Below, in pieces: positions 28,904 to 39,622 of a stretch of 64,000 bases of DNA. The translations under genes were made by a program, and so were the position numbers. Positions within the stretch are counted from its first letter, which is position 1, and every line of letters begins with the position of its first letter. The notes beneath the pieces were generated by a model. It searched no databases and was not told the DNA's origin. It was given only the letters and a program-made list of their open reading frames with translations. Origin of the DNA: an uncultured Chroococcidiopsis sp. (GTDB lineage Bacteria > Cyanobacteriota > Cyanobacteriia > Cyanobacteriales > Chroococcidiopsidaceae); NCBI GenBank assembly GCA_964248365.1, contig CAXTYC010000001.1, positions 332,151 to 396,150 of the forward strand, in the 5' to 3' direction.

Positions 28904-31051
28904 ATGAAACAACTTTTGTACATCGAAATCCCTACCCCAGATACAGCCGCAGTACGTACTTGGTTACAAGCGGAATTTGTACCTCTGATGGGGAAAAAAG
29001 TGATCACCCCTGAAGGCTTCAGAGTGCAGATGTTTAAAAATACAACCTCGGCAACAACTATTTCAGATTCTTCTGAACAAAAGCTAGGGGAGATCTCCGC
29101 TTTTATTTGGTCATTGCAGCGAACAACCTATCTCAAAGTCTTTCGCTGGGCAGATAAACCCCTACCAGGGGAAAAGCAAATTCTGCAAAGTCTAACAGCT
29201 GGGTTAAGAAGTAAATTTCCCAATCACTACCCAGAACCACCAGCGATTGATTCTCAACAATCAATTTTTGACGCACTAGCTGGGTATTACCCCCTCACCG
29301 TCAAGTATTTTCAGAAAATGCCCAATGGTGAATACGATCTGAAGCGGGTTTACTGGTGGGAACAAAGGTGGCGCGAAGGTGTGCGTAATCCGCAGCAGCC
29401 TCGACAGGTAGTGTTTTCTCATTCGAGGGGGCAGGCAGAGGGGCAGAGGAGCAGAGGAGCAGAGGGGAGTGCAAACATAAATTCTCCCCAGCACCCCACT
29501 TATGACTTAATCTATGTAGGTGGAGCATTGGGGGTGATTCATGCGGCGGTGATGGCGCAGCTGGGCTATCGGGTGTTGCTGTTAGAGCGGTTACCCTTTG
29601 GACGAATGAACCGAGAGTGGAATATTTCTCGTTCGGAGTTGCACAGTTTGATTGATTTGGGTTTGTTTACTCCCCTTGAGTGTGAAAGTATCATCGCCAG
29701 AGAGTACAAAGACGGATTTAATAAATTCTTTGATGGTAATAATCCACCCCATTTGAAAGCTCCGGTTTTACATACCCCTACTGTCCTGAATGTGGGATTG
29801 GATGCGGAAAAACTGCTTTCCCTATGTGGAGAAAAACTCCGAGCGGCGGGGGGTGAAATTTGGGATGAAACCGAGTTTATTCAAGCTGATATTGATATAG
29901 CACAAGTCGTTGTTCATGTCAAGCATTTGCCTACACAAGCAGAAAAACAGGTGAGTGGGCGCTTACTTGTGGATGCGATGGGAACGGCATCGCCGATCGC
30001 TTGGCAATTGAATGGAGGACGGGCGTTTGACAGTGTTTGCCCGACGGTAGGAGCAGTGATTGAGAGTGGATTTGATCCTGGTGTGTGGGATGGGATGTAT
30101 GGTGATGTTCTCAACAGTCATGGGGATATCTCACGAGGGCGGCAGCTAATTTGGGAGTTGTTTCCAGCCGCCGGAGAGGAAATTACGATTTATTTATTTC
30201 ACTACCATCAGGTAAATCGTGATAATCCTGGTTCGTTGCTTGAGATGTACGAAGACTTTTTCGCCATTCTGCCAGAGTATCGCCGTTGTGATGTAGATAA
30301 GTTGGTATGGAAAAAACCAACTTTTGGTTATATTCCAGGGCATTTTAGTGTGAAAAGCAGCGATCGCACCGTTGCCTTAGACCGATTAATTGCGATCGGT
30401 GATGCGGCATCGCTCCAGTCTCCCCTCGTCTTTACTGGCTTTGGTTCCCTGGTGCGTAATCTAAGTCGCCTCACAACTCTTTTGGATACTGCTTTGAAAC
30501 ACGATTTGCTCAGCGCCAAAGACTTAAATCAAATTCGCGCCTATCAAAGCAATGTTGCCGTCACCTGGATGTTTTCTAAGGGCATGATGGTTCCGACTGG
30601 CAAGTTCATCCCACCAGAGCGGATTAACTGTATGCTCAACAATTTTTTTGGACTTTTAACCGATGAACCGCCAGAGGTAGCAGATAACTTTATCAAAGAT
30701 CGAGTCGATTGGCTAACTTTTAACCGACTAGCCCTCAAAGCAGCTAGGAGAAACCCCGCCTTACTTCTTTGGATTTGGGAATTAGCAGGAACTAAGGATC
30801 TTCTACGTTGGTTAGGTAGCTATTTTGACTTTGGTTTAAACGCTCTATTTAGTGCCTGTCTTAGCAGTTGGTTTCCCAGCTTACTGCGCGTGGGTCAGCC
30901 TTGGTTGGAACCGAGATCTCCCAAACTATGGCTAATGTTACTGGCACAAAGCTACGCTTTGACCGATGGTATGGGTCGTCCCCAATTAGCCATCCGCTAC
31001 CAGCAATTAGCTGCTATTGGTTCCCAAGAGAATATAGTCGCTGGCGGCTAG
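28904..31051 (+). CDS. cruA: CruA-type lycopene cyclase (FAD-dependent)
   Basis: Starts MKQLLYIEIPTPDT; YVGGALG, MNREWNIS, LLVDAMG and GDAASLQSPLVFTGFGS motifs. The length and N-terminal extension fit CruA rather than CruP. Confidence 0.8.
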   Translation: MKQLLYIEIPTPDTAAVRTWLQAEFVPLMGKKVITPEGFRVQMFKNTTSATTISDSSEQKLGEISAFIWSLQRTTYLKVFRWADKPLPGEKQILQSLTAGLRSKFPNHYPEPPAIDSQQSIFDALAGYYPLTVKYFQKMPNGEYDLKRVYWWEQRWREGVRNPQQPRQVVFSHSRGQAEGQRSRGAEGSANINSPQHPTYDLIYVGGALGVIHAAVMAQLGYRVLLLERLPFGRMNREWNISRSELHSLIDLGLFTPLECESIIAREYKDGFNKFFDGNNPPHLKAPVLHTPTVLNVGLDAEKLLSLCGEKLRAAGGEIWDETEFIQADIDIAQVVVHVKHLPTQAEKQVSGRLLVDAMGTASPIAWQLNGGRAFDSVCPTVGAVIESGFDPGVWDGMYGDVLNSHGDISRGRQLIWELFPAAGEEITIYLFHYHQVNRDNPGSLLEMYEDFFAILPEYRRCDVDKLVWKKPTFGYIPGHFSVKSSDRTVALDRLIAIGDAASLQSPLVFTGFGSLVRNLSRLTTLLDTALKHDLLSAKDLNQIRAYQSNVAVTWMFSKGMMVPTGKFIPPERINCMLNNFFGLLTDEPPEVADNFIKDRVDWLTFNRLALKAARRNPALLLWIWELAGTKDLLRWLGSYFDFGLNALFSACLSSWFPSLLRVGQPWLEPRSPKLWLMLLAQSYALTDGMGRPQLAIRYQQLAAIGSQENIVAGG

Positions 31052-31056
31052 AAGAA

Positions 31057-31195
31057 GAGGGGGAGCAGGGGGAGCACCCCTGCTCCCCCTGCTCCAGGGG
31101 AAATTACCTTTTACCTTTTACCTTTCACCTTTTCCCTTTACCCTTAACTGGTAACTGGTAACTGGTAACTGGTAACTGGTAACTGATTTCCCCTT
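31057..31195. repeat. Hairpin plus STRR tandem repeats
   Basis: gggggagcagggg...cccctgctcccc, (ttttacc)n and (ctggtaa)5. Confidence 0.8.
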
Positions 31196-32551
31196 TCATC
31201 CTTTTCTCTTTTGGGTAAAATTCGGAAGTTCAATGGCTGATAGAGATTTTCTGCCTTTGGGTGGATGTAATGGATAAACAACAGGTGAGGGCCAGTTAGA
31301 ATTTACCTGACTGGGAATGGCTTTTGTTTGAGTTGAATCCTCCCCCTGGCATTGTCTTGTTTGTGGCAGTGAGGGTTCAGAAACACATTTGCTCTGGTGG
31401 CTAGCAGCCCAATTTGATTCATCGGGTTGGCGGCGCTCTTTTAAATCTTCACTATCTAGGATTAAATCTGCCCTATTGTCAGTTTCTTCCTGATCTAGCA
31501 AGTTGAATAAATCTTGCCAGTTAGCATTCTCCTGCTGTACATCAAAATCCTTAGTAAAGAAGAAACTTTGTTCAACCGAAGAGGTGGGGGAATTAAAGAA
31601 CGCTGGTTGTCGATCATCTGTTGTTAGCCGTTCTTCGTTGTGTGTCCATTGACTACTAACAGTTGATTCTACCTTTGTAGGCTCTACATCGCTCCATGAC
31701 GATGGTTGTACTACCCAAGGTGTTATAGGCTGAGCTTTAGGAAATAAAGACGGCGCTTGCTTTGAGTAAATTGTTTGCCCATTTGTGACACTGTATAAGC
31801 AGTCGTAATCATCTTGGGATTGATAGCTGCGTACTGGTGCATCTAAACACTTTTCTAGAGCAACTTTTAATTGCATAGTGTAGCGTTGCTGTCGAATTAA
31901 GCGAGTGCGTAGTTCTTGGCAAGAATTTTCTGTTTGGCTCAGTTCCTGAAACTTTTCGTTGTAGTTAGCCTGCGCCAAAGAACACTCTCGTTCCATCTGT
32001 GCAATACGTTCCCCGCTGTTTGCTAATTGAGTTGTTAAGGTTTTAATTGAAATTTGCTGGCGCTGTACTGTTTGATGAGCAGTTTTTAATTTATCCGACA
32101 GACACTCAACTTGATCTTTGGCATCTGCAAGATCGTCAAGTTTTTGGGTGAGCATTAACTGGGCAGTATGCGATCGCTCTTTTTCTAACTGCAATTCATC
32201 CTGACAATCGGCTAATGCTTGCTCTAACTGCACTACTTTTTCTAGTAAGTTAGTGTTAGAGCAACGCATTTGGTGAATTAAGGCAACCATCGAAGCTACA
32301 TCATCGCAGGTGACTGATGGTATACTTTCGCGCTCCTCTACTCCTTCGGAAAATGTTGTCCAACTAACAAACTGAGAGTTTTCTGCTCCATACTCCGAGC
32401 CATCAAAGGGCATAGTGGCAGAATGATCGGCGATCGCCTGCTCCTCAAATAAATCCGCACTGTAAAAGTTTGCTGGCTTGGCTTGTGTTGAATTAACACA
32501 ACTATACACTTCTGGAAATGGCGAACTCGTTGATTTGTTAGTTTCACTCAT
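31196..32551 (-). CDS. Coiled-coil hypothetical protein
   Basis: Central coiled coil (ELRTRLIRQQRYTMQLKVALEKCL) and C-terminal NWPSPVVYP..PPKGRKSL.AIELP. Confidence 0.8.
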   Translation of the reverse strand: MSETNKSTSSPFPEVYSCVNSTQAKPANFYSADLFEEQAIADHSATMPFDGSEYGAENSQFVSWTTFSEGVEERESIPSVTCDDVASMVALIHQMRCSNTNLLEKVVQLEQALADCQDELQLEKERSHTAQLMLTQKLDDLADAKDQVECLSDKLKTAHQTVQRQQISIKTLTTQLANSGERIAQMERECSLAQANYNEKFQELSQTENSCQELRTRLIRQQRYTMQLKVALEKCLDAPVRSYQSQDDYDCLYSVTNGQTIYSKQAPSLFPKAQPITPWVVQPSSWSDVEPTKVESTVSSQWTHNEERLTTDDRQPAFFNSPTSSVEQSFFFTKDFDVQQENANWQDLFNLLDQEETDNRADLILDSEDLKERRQPDESNWAASHQSKCVSEPSLPQTRQCQGEDSTQTKAIPSQVNSNWPSPVVYPLHPPKGRKSLSAIELPNFTQKRKG

Positions 32552-33520
32552 TGTCTTTCACCCAGCGCTTAACAACTGTTGACTGTCTGCCGCTATAGCA
32601 TCTTTTTGCTCACAGGTCTATTTTTTAAATATTTTCTTCATTATTTAGACCTTCTTTAAAAAAAAATTAGATTTTATCTTATCGTTATACACTGCAAATT
32701 TCTTACTGTCACAGTCCATTAATATTTTTATATGTAGAAATATGAAGAAAGAGGGGAGAACTCTTGTGTCCTACCTGATTATTCATCCCACTTTTTCCCC
32801 TAAACTACCTTAATGTTATGAAAGTTAATTTATATCACAGTCAATAGCTGGGCAGCTAGAGCAGTTATACTTGTATTAACTTGTATTAAATAATATTAAG
32901 TAGCCGTGTGAACTGACTGATTAGTATAAATGTTCTATTCAAGTTTGTCTTTGTCCTTAGCTGTGCGTTAGACTGGTTGGCGCTATCTGTCAGTTACCAG
33001 TTACCAGTTACCAATATCATCCTTCGCGCCTACCCCTTCGGGATCGCTGTGCTACACACTTCGCGCCTTCGCGCCTTCCCCCAATCGCCCTTAACCTCTA
33101 ATAACCAATGACGATCAACACCTAGTATTTCATGGCTCAAATAGGATTGCTATAGTAAACTGAAACATTCTCTCATTGCCAAGCTAAGTTTAGAAATCAA
33201 TAAATTATTTGTGTTTATCTGCGATTTCGTTTCCAAGCTATCAAGACCAAATATTAATAATAAAAGCAAAAACCTCAAATAGTCTTTATCTTAAATTAAT
33301 AATTTTATCTTTCAATTAAATTTCTAGATAAGCCGATATCCTTCTAGGCAGCAGTTATTTAAAAACTGTATAAGATGAAGATTGTTCCATAACCTAAAAA
33401 TACAAGTCACCCATGCCCACATGACAAAAAATTTGTAATTGATGTAAATAAAAACTACCCAAGAAACAAATGTTATGACAATAAAAAATATATTTACATC
33501 TCAAAAAGCTTTTCACCAGA

Positions 33521-34095
33521 ATGATACTGAAATTTCTACTGCCAGTTGCCCTATCTGTCACGATTATTTCATCTTTATCTTTCTTTTCTAGTGCTGGAAT
33601 TGCACAAGAAGATCCCTTCTGCTTTATGATTAACTCATCTGGACAAGTAGTTAGCCTAAACAATTTGTGTGATGATCAAAGGCGATCTGCAAAAAAAGGC
33701 AGCTGGGGTGAAGGACCCTTTGATAAAGATGGATTTCCCATCGCCCTTTCTCCTGAATTGAATCGTCTCACAGCCGTTGTAAAAGCAAAACAGAAAAGAG
33801 GATTTAATAGCAAGGATTCAGAGGAACAATCTACTACTGAATATGAAGATCCAGAAGTTCAATCGGCATGAAAAATTTGAAGAATAGTTTGATGAACAAG
33901 ATACCTTCATTTGCTCGAATGCAATAAATTCAAAAAAAGTTATCAACTTTGTATAGCCAATCAAAAGACTTAAACCGAGAGGAAGCTGAAAAAATTGAAG
34001 CAGAATATAATAAAATTACACATGAAATGAGTAGAGATTCCTGCTATACAAACATCATGCAGGCGTTCATCAAGAAGATGGAAGAATTACGATAA
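33521..34095 (+). pseudogene. Secreted hypothetical protein, frameshifted with an internal stop
   Basis: Signal peptide plus CFMINSSGQVVSLNNLC. After a frameshift near 33868 the reading continues MKNLKNSLMNKIPSFARMQ*IQKKL...KKMEELR*. Confidence 0.6.
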
Positions 34096-34117
34096 TTCTA
34101 AGTTTGCTATTACTACT

Positions 34118-34249
34118 ACAAATGTAATTTAAGGTGGGCATTGCCCTACTAACTACTACTTTGTTGTCAGGTGGGCGAAGTGTGGTAGTACCACATTGGG
34201 TCGGGAATGTCCAACAAATATAATTTAACGTGGGCAATGCCCACCCTAC
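34118..34249. repeat. REP cluster (two GTAG-type REP copies with shared flank)
   Basis: acaaatgtaatttaaggtgggcattgccc and acaaatataatttaacgtgggcaatgcccaccctac. Confidence 0.75.
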
Positions 34250-34290
34250 GTTTACTAACTTGGAAATGAGGGTAGCCAAAAATTTATAAT

Positions 34291-34830
34291 CTAAGCGATC
34301 GCTTCTAATAGTCGCTCAACACTGGCATTATTAGACAGGAAAGAAAACAAATGTTTGTAGCGTAGTTTCCCTTGCTGATCTAATACAAATTGTGCTGGTA
34401 AAGGCGCTCCCAACGCTTGTCCTACACCATAAGCTCGAAAGATACCACAGCTAGGATCGCTTAGCAAGGGCATTTTTAATTTTAAATCATTTACTACTAT
34501 CTGACTTTGCTTTTCGTCGGTACTTGTAATCATCAAAACTTCTACATTACGACTGGTAAACTGCTCGTAGTTTTCGTTCAAAGCTTTGATGTGAGGAAAG
34601 CACAAAGGGCAATATTGCTTTTCTGTGAAGATCCGAGTAAAAGCAAGTATTACAGGTTGCTTACCTTTGTAATTTGATAGCTTGACTATTCTTCCATTAG
34701 TAATATCTGGCAGTGCAAAATCTGGAGTCGTTTTTCCCAAATTTAGACTATTGCTAGCAGGAATTGGCAAAAAATTCCGAAAAAACCGCTCATTTAGTAA
34801 GCCGCTAAAGTCATTAGAAGTTAATACCAT
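34291..34830 (-). CDS. AhpC/TSA-family peroxiredoxin-like protein
   Basis: PDFALPD, YCPLCFPH, LLSDP and PAQFVLD motifs. Confidence 0.85.
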   Translation of the reverse strand: MVLTSNDFSGLLNERFFRNFLPIPASNSLNLGKTTPDFALPDITNGRIVKLSNYKGKQPVILAFTRIFTEKQYCPLCFPHIKALNENYEQFTSRNVEVLMITSTDEKQSQIVVNDLKLKMPLLSDPSCGIFRAYGVGQALGAPLPAQFVLDQQGKLRYKHLFSFLSNNASVERLLEAIA

Positions 34831-35009
34831 AAAGGCAAGTGCTGGTAGTAGTAACTAAGGAAGTAGGGAGTGGAGTAAAGGATGAAGGGGAAAGGGGAAA
34901 GGGGAAAGGGGACAAGGGGACAAGGTGAGAATTACTTTAAGCTTCCCCCTCTCTCCAAGTCTTCCCCCTCGCCTGCGTCCTCTTCTAGCCCCTAGCCTCT
35001 AGTCCTTAT

Positions 35010-35621
35010 CTATACAGAAGCGAAGTAAACTTTCGACTTCACTGGGTCGGGTGTCATAGTTTTATCACCAGGTTGCCAACCAGCAGGACAAACTTCATCT
35101 GGATGGCTTTGGACGTACTGAATTGCTTGCAGTGTCCGCAGGGTTTCATCAACGTTGCGACCAAAGGAGAGGTTGTTAATTGTCGCGTGTTGGATAACGC
35201 CTTCTGCGTCGATGATGAATAGTCCCCGCAGGGCAACTCCTGCTTCTGGATCTAGCACGTTGTAGGCGGCGCTGATCTCTTTCTTAATATCGGAAACCAG
35301 GGGATAATTAAGGTCGCCAACACCACCTGCTTTGCGATCTGTTTGAATCCAGGCTAAGTGGGAAAACTCACTGTCAACAGAAACGCCCAAAACTTCGGTA
35401 TTGACTGCCTTGAATTCATCAAAGCGATCGCTAAATGCGATGATCTCAGTTGGACAAACAAAGGTGAAGTCTAGCGGATAGAAAAACAGGATGACATACT
35501 TACCTTTATAGTCAGATAGTTTGATAGTCTTAAATTCCTGATCTACCACAGCTGTTGCAGTAAAATCTGGAGCCGCTTGCCCAACTCTGAGGCATCCTTC
35601 TGCTGCGTAACTTAGTGGCAT
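35010..35621 (-). CDS. prxA: 2-Cys peroxiredoxin
   Basis: [15 protein letters not shown] and EVCPAGW, with a YF motif near the C-terminus. Confidence 0.95.
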   Translation of the reverse strand: MPLSYAAEGCLRVGQAAPDFTATAVVDQEFKTIKLSDYKGKYVILFFYPLDFTFVCPTEIIAFSDRFDEFKAVNTEVLGVSVDSEFSHLAWIQTDRKAGGVGDLNYPLVSDIKKEISAAYNVLDPEAGVALRGLFIIDAEGVIQHATINNLSFGRNVDETLRTLQAIQYVQSHPDEVCPAGWQPGDKTMTPDPVKSKVYFASV

Positions 35622-35749
35622 TAACCAATTCTCCTTGGTGTGTCTACGTGAAAAAATACAGGCATTCGAGATTTACCCGTATATAGAATATTTACTTATT
35701 TACGAACTGTTACAACTATATCATAGTCATAACGATTTCTAGTTGGCAA

Positions 35750-37912
35750 ATGGGTGATTTAGATACAAGAGAATGGCTACTGACCAATGGTTTGGGTAGT
35801 TTCGCCAGTGGTACAGTTTCAGATGCCCGTACCCGCACTTATCATGGCTGGCTGATTGCTGCCTTGACTCCACCTAGCCAAAGGACGCTCTTGCTGTCAC
35901 ACATAGATGCCAGCCTGGAAGTAGCCGAAGGGGTGGTGGCGCTTTCGACGAATTTCTGGAGTATTGGCATAGTGGAACCGTTGGGCTATAAACTGTTGCG
36001 TAGTTTTGAGCTAGAGCCAGTACCAACCTGGATTTGGGGTGAGAACAACTGGCAGCTAAGCCGACAGCTAGTGATGCCACGTTTTAGGGTAGGGGAGCAA
36101 AGGGAGGCACAGGGAGAAAAACCACTCGCCACTCGCCACTCACAATCCTCGTTTTGTAATCGCATATTGATTCAGTATCGGTATGAAGGTTGTGAGGAGG
36201 CGGTGCTAAAGTTAAGACCAGTGATTGGCGATCGCAACTTTCACCACCAGCAAAAAGCGCAGGCGAATTTACAGTTTTCCCAATTAATTGGTTCACAATA
36301 CGTATGCCTACAAGCAATTAAACCAGGAATTGCGGGAACACCTTGGCAATTGCGCTGGAGCCTGGGAGAGTATCAAGCAGATGCAGTTTGGTACTGGAAT
36401 TATTTATTACCAGAAGAAACTAAGCGCGGACTGGGCGATCGCGAAGACTTGTATAGTCCTGGCTACCTAAGTGTTACCCTCAAACCAGGAGAATCTGTGA
36501 CTTTAGAAGCACAGGTAGATAATGGGATAACTCAATCTCCTTTGGATGCTACCCTCTTTGAACAAGCCGTAGAGGAAATTCGGAATTCGCAGATCGCAGA
36601 TCGCCTCTTACCTGAGTGCTCTAATCCAAAATCCAAAATCCGTCTTGGAAAGTTTGGCGGCGAGGAAATCGACACCGCCACGCCAGTTCGCTCAACGGGG
36701 GGAACAGAGGCACCCTCCAGGCTCAACTTTCCGCAAAATCCAAAATCCCAATTGTGGCAGCAACTGTTACGAGCTGGAGATCAGTTTATTGTCTATCGAC
36801 AATCAATTGCAGGACCTACCGTAATCGCTGGTTATCCTTGGTTCAATGATTGGGGAAGAGACACACTAATTGCGTTGCCAGGATTGGCACTCAAAACACA
36901 GAGATATGACCTGGCAAAAGGATTACTACAAACGTTTGGTCGTTATTGCCGTTATGGTCTAATTCCGAATGCATTTCCTGATACCGATGCCGAACCGTTC
37001 TATAACAGTATTGATGCAACGCTGTGGTGGATTGAAACTTTGGGTCTTTACCTGGAAGCTACCCAGGATTGGGATTTTTTAGCCCAACAATACCCTATTG
37101 TACAGCAAATCTACAAAGCTTTTACCACTGGCACTAAATACAATATTCAAGTTGATGCTGCCGATCAACTGGTGAGTTGGGATGCTCCCAATGTAGCGTT
37201 AACTTGGATGGACGCAGTGATTTCGGGTAAACCTGTCACCCCAAGGCGCGGCAAGCCAGTAGAAATTAATGCTTTGTGGTACTCGGTTTTATGTTGGGCT
37301 AGTAATTGGGCAGAACGTTTGAGCCACAACCCAGAAGCTAATTCGGAGCGTCTGAGCAACCAAGCGCGACGCTATGCTCAGCAAGCACAACAGGTAAAAC
37401 TATCGCTGCAAAAGTTTTGGAATCCAACTATCGGTTATTTATACGACACAATTGAGCCAGACGATCGCCCTAATACCCAAGTTCGTCCCAATGCTGTTTT
37501 GGCTTTGTCGCTGCATCATTGTGCATTTCCCAATAGTCAAGGGCAACAAATACTTCAATTAGCTAATAGCACCCTTGTTACACCCTATGGACTGCGTAGC
37601 CTCGATCCTGCCGATCAAGAGTATGTTGGTAGCTATGCCGGAACGAGCCAACACCGCGATCGCGCCTACCACCAAGGTACGGTTTGGGCTTGGTTGATTG
37701 GTCCATTTATCCGTGCGAGTAAGCGTTTTTACGGCTCTCCACCAGTTGGGTTTGATTGGCAACCCCTGCTCGATCATTTCCAGCAGCAAGCCTGTCTTGG
37801 CTCGATCTCCGAGATTTTTGATGGTGATGCCCCTCACTCACCCCAAGGAGCGATCGCCCAAGCATGGTCTGTCGCCGAATTAATCCGTCATTGGGATGAT
37901 ATTGGGAAATAG
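35750..37912 (+). CDS. Amylo-alpha-1,6-glucosidase (glycogen debranching enzyme family)
   Basis: EWLLTNGLGSFA, IAGYPWF.DWGRD, LTWMDA, YHQGTVW and QAWSVAE motifs. Confidence 0.93.
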   Translation: MGDLDTREWLLTNGLGSFASGTVSDARTRTYHGWLIAALTPPSQRTLLLSHIDASLEVAEGVVALSTNFWSIGIVEPLGYKLLRSFELEPVPTWIWGENNWQLSRQLVMPRFRVGEQREAQGEKPLATRHSQSSFCNRILIQYRYEGCEEAVLKLRPVIGDRNFHHQQKAQANLQFSQLIGSQYVCLQAIKPGIAGTPWQLRWSLGEYQADAVWYWNYLLPEETKRGLGDREDLYSPGYLSVTLKPGESVTLEAQVDNGITQSPLDATLFEQAVEEIRNSQIADRLLPECSNPKSKIRLGKFGGEEIDTATPVRSTGGTEAPSRLNFPQNPKSQLWQQLLRAGDQFIVYRQSIAGPTVIAGYPWFNDWGRDTLIALPGLALKTQRYDLAKGLLQTFGRYCRYGLIPNAFPDTDAEPFYNSIDATLWWIETLGLYLEATQDWDFLAQQYPIVQQIYKAFTTGTKYNIQVDAADQLVSWDAPNVALTWMDAVISGKPVTPRRGKPVEINALWYSVLCWASNWAERLSHNPEANSERLSNQARRYAQQAQQVKLSLQKFWNPTIGYLYDTIEPDDRPNTQVRPNAVLALSLHHCAFPNSQGQQILQLANSTLVTPYGLRSLDPADQEYVGSYAGTSQHRDRAYHQGTVWAWLIGPFIRASKRFYGSPPVGFDWQPLLDHFQQQACLGSISEIFDGDAPHSPQGAIAQAWSVAELIRHWDDIGK
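36623..36748. repeat. Nested small repeat element in frame inside the debranching gene
   Basis: Flanked by (aaaatcc)n; ggaaagtt/aactttcc inverted ends; inner segment matches 10844-10891. Confidence 0.75.
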
Positions 37913-38142
37913 GGAGTAGGGAGTAGGGGAAAGGAAACAGAAGACAAAAAACAGGAGACAAAAGACAGAATATTTAATTCTTTCATCTCCCCCCAACCCC
38001 ACTACGCGAGTGACCCCCCTGCCCCCCTATCCCCAGTTCCTTCGGAACCGGGGACACCGAGTCCCCCCAGCTCCCCTAACAGAGGTGTTGGTAATTTCCT
38101 ACAATGGTCGCAGAGTGATTTTTAAAAGAGAGCAGCGAATAA

Positions 38143-38604
38143 ATGCCTAAAACCGTTGCCGATGTTATGAGCCGCGATCCGATTGTTGTGCGCCCCCAGA
38201 CTCCATTAAAGGAAGCCATTCAGACTTTGGCAGAGCGCCGAATCAGTGGTTTGCCTGTTGTAGATGAAGGAGGCAAATTGGTAGGTATTGTCTCTGAGAC
38301 AGACTTGATGTGGCAAGAAACTGGTGTTACTCCTCCCGCCTATATCATGTTTCTTGATAGTGTCATATTCTTAAAAAACCCTGTCCAATATGAGCGCGAT
38401 CTGCATAAGGCATTGGGGCAAACCGTAGGAGAAGTGATGAGCAGCGATCCGGTGACTGTTTCACCTGACAAACCCCTAAAAGAAGCTGCACAACTGATGC
38501 ACGATCGCAGCGTTCACCGTTTACCTGTAGTTGATACCACTGGAAAAGTTATTGGCATCCTCACTAGGGGTGATATTGTACGGGCAATGGCGGCAGGTGA
38601 ATAG
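38143..38604 (+). CDS. CBS-domain pair protein
   Basis: Two CBS repeats (ISGLPVVD..GKLVGIVS; VHRLPVVD..GKVIGILT). Confidence 0.93.
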   Translation: MPKTVADVMSRDPIVVRPQTPLKEAIQTLAERRISGLPVVDEGGKLVGIVSETDLMWQETGVTPPAYIMFLDSVIFLKNPVQYERDLHKALGQTVGEVMSSDPVTVSPDKPLKEAAQLMHDRSVHRLPVVDTTGKVIGILTRGDIVRAMAAGE

Positions 38605-38753
38605 GGAAGCTGAAGGGAAAAGGGAAAAGGGAAAGGGGAAAAGGGAAAGAATTAATATTCTGATCTCCTGTCTCCTGTCTCCTGACTACTGACTAGATAT
38701 GGCATAGGTGACAGATAATTTAAATATAGTGATAACAAACAATTAACTAAAAA

Positions 38754-39425
38754 ATGAGCGTTAATCCTGAGTCGGTGAAGCAAATGCTCGGAGCGGAAGA
38801 TTTGGGCGATCGCTTACGAGCTGTAAATCAAATCCGAGAATTAGAAAATAAGGCGATCGCGTTTGAGCTTGTTCAAACAGCCATTAAAGATCCTAATGCC
38901 CGTGTCCGCTATTGTGCTGTTAGTCAAATGGATACCTTGGGTGGACAGGATTTGACCATCTCTTTGAACTTGTTGCGCGATCGTCTCCTCAACGATCCAG
39001 AACCGGATGTACAAGCAGCAGCAGCAGACTGCATCGGCGCTCTTAAATTAACTGATGCTTTTACAGACTTAGAGCAAATTTATCACAACACTTCTGAATG
39101 GTTAGTCAAGTTCAGCATCATCGCCACTTTAGGAGAATTGGGTGATCCACGTTCATTTGAGCTACTGCAACAAGCTCTCTCCTCTGACAATGATTTAGAA
39201 AGAACTGCTGCTGTTAGCTCACTAGGTGACTTAGGAAATATGCAAGCAGTTGAGCTATTACTTCCCTACGCAAGCGATCCTGATTGGCAAATTCGCTACC
39301 GAGTTGCACAAGCTCTAGCTAAACTAGGCGGTGTCCAAGCCCAATCTACTTTAAAAACTTTGGCTCACGATCAAGTAGAAGCAGTGGCTCAGGAAGCTAA
39401 AAATGGTTTGAACTCTAGCGGTTAA
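38754..39425 (+). CDS. nblB: HEAT-repeat phycobilisome degradation protein NblB
   Basis: PBS-lyase HEAT repeats (RVRYCAVSQ, DVQAAAAD, EWLVKFSI, DWQIRYRVAQAL). Confidence 0.8.
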   Translation: MSVNPESVKQMLGAEDLGDRLRAVNQIRELENKAIAFELVQTAIKDPNARVRYCAVSQMDTLGGQDLTISLNLLRDRLLNDPEPDVQAAAADCIGALKLTDAFTDLEQIYHNTSEWLVKFSIIATLGELGDPRSFELLQQALSSDNDLERTAAVSSLGDLGNMQAVELLLPYASDPDWQIRYRVAQALAKLGGVQAQSTLKTLAHDQVEAVAQEAKNGLNSSG

Positions 39426-39502
39426 AACTACTACTAACGCTGCTGTGCCTGTGTAAATACCAATTTACTTTATTTTGGTTAAAGGTAACGAATTTGGCGA
39501 CA

Positions 39503-39622
39503 AAAAATTAATCCAGCCCTGTTTTAAAGATCCCTCAACGGGGGCGAAGAATACTGGTGATGAGATGAGAGATGACGGGAGGAATAATTCCCCCCGTCAC
39601 TCTCTCGGCTGGATTAATTTTT
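39503..39622. repeat. 120-bp element with perfect 16-bp terminal inverted repeats and an internal hairpin
   Basis: aaaaattaatccagcc (39503-39518) pairs with ggctggattaattttt (39607-39622); inner gacggga-ggaataattcc-cccgtc hairpin. Confidence 0.75.
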
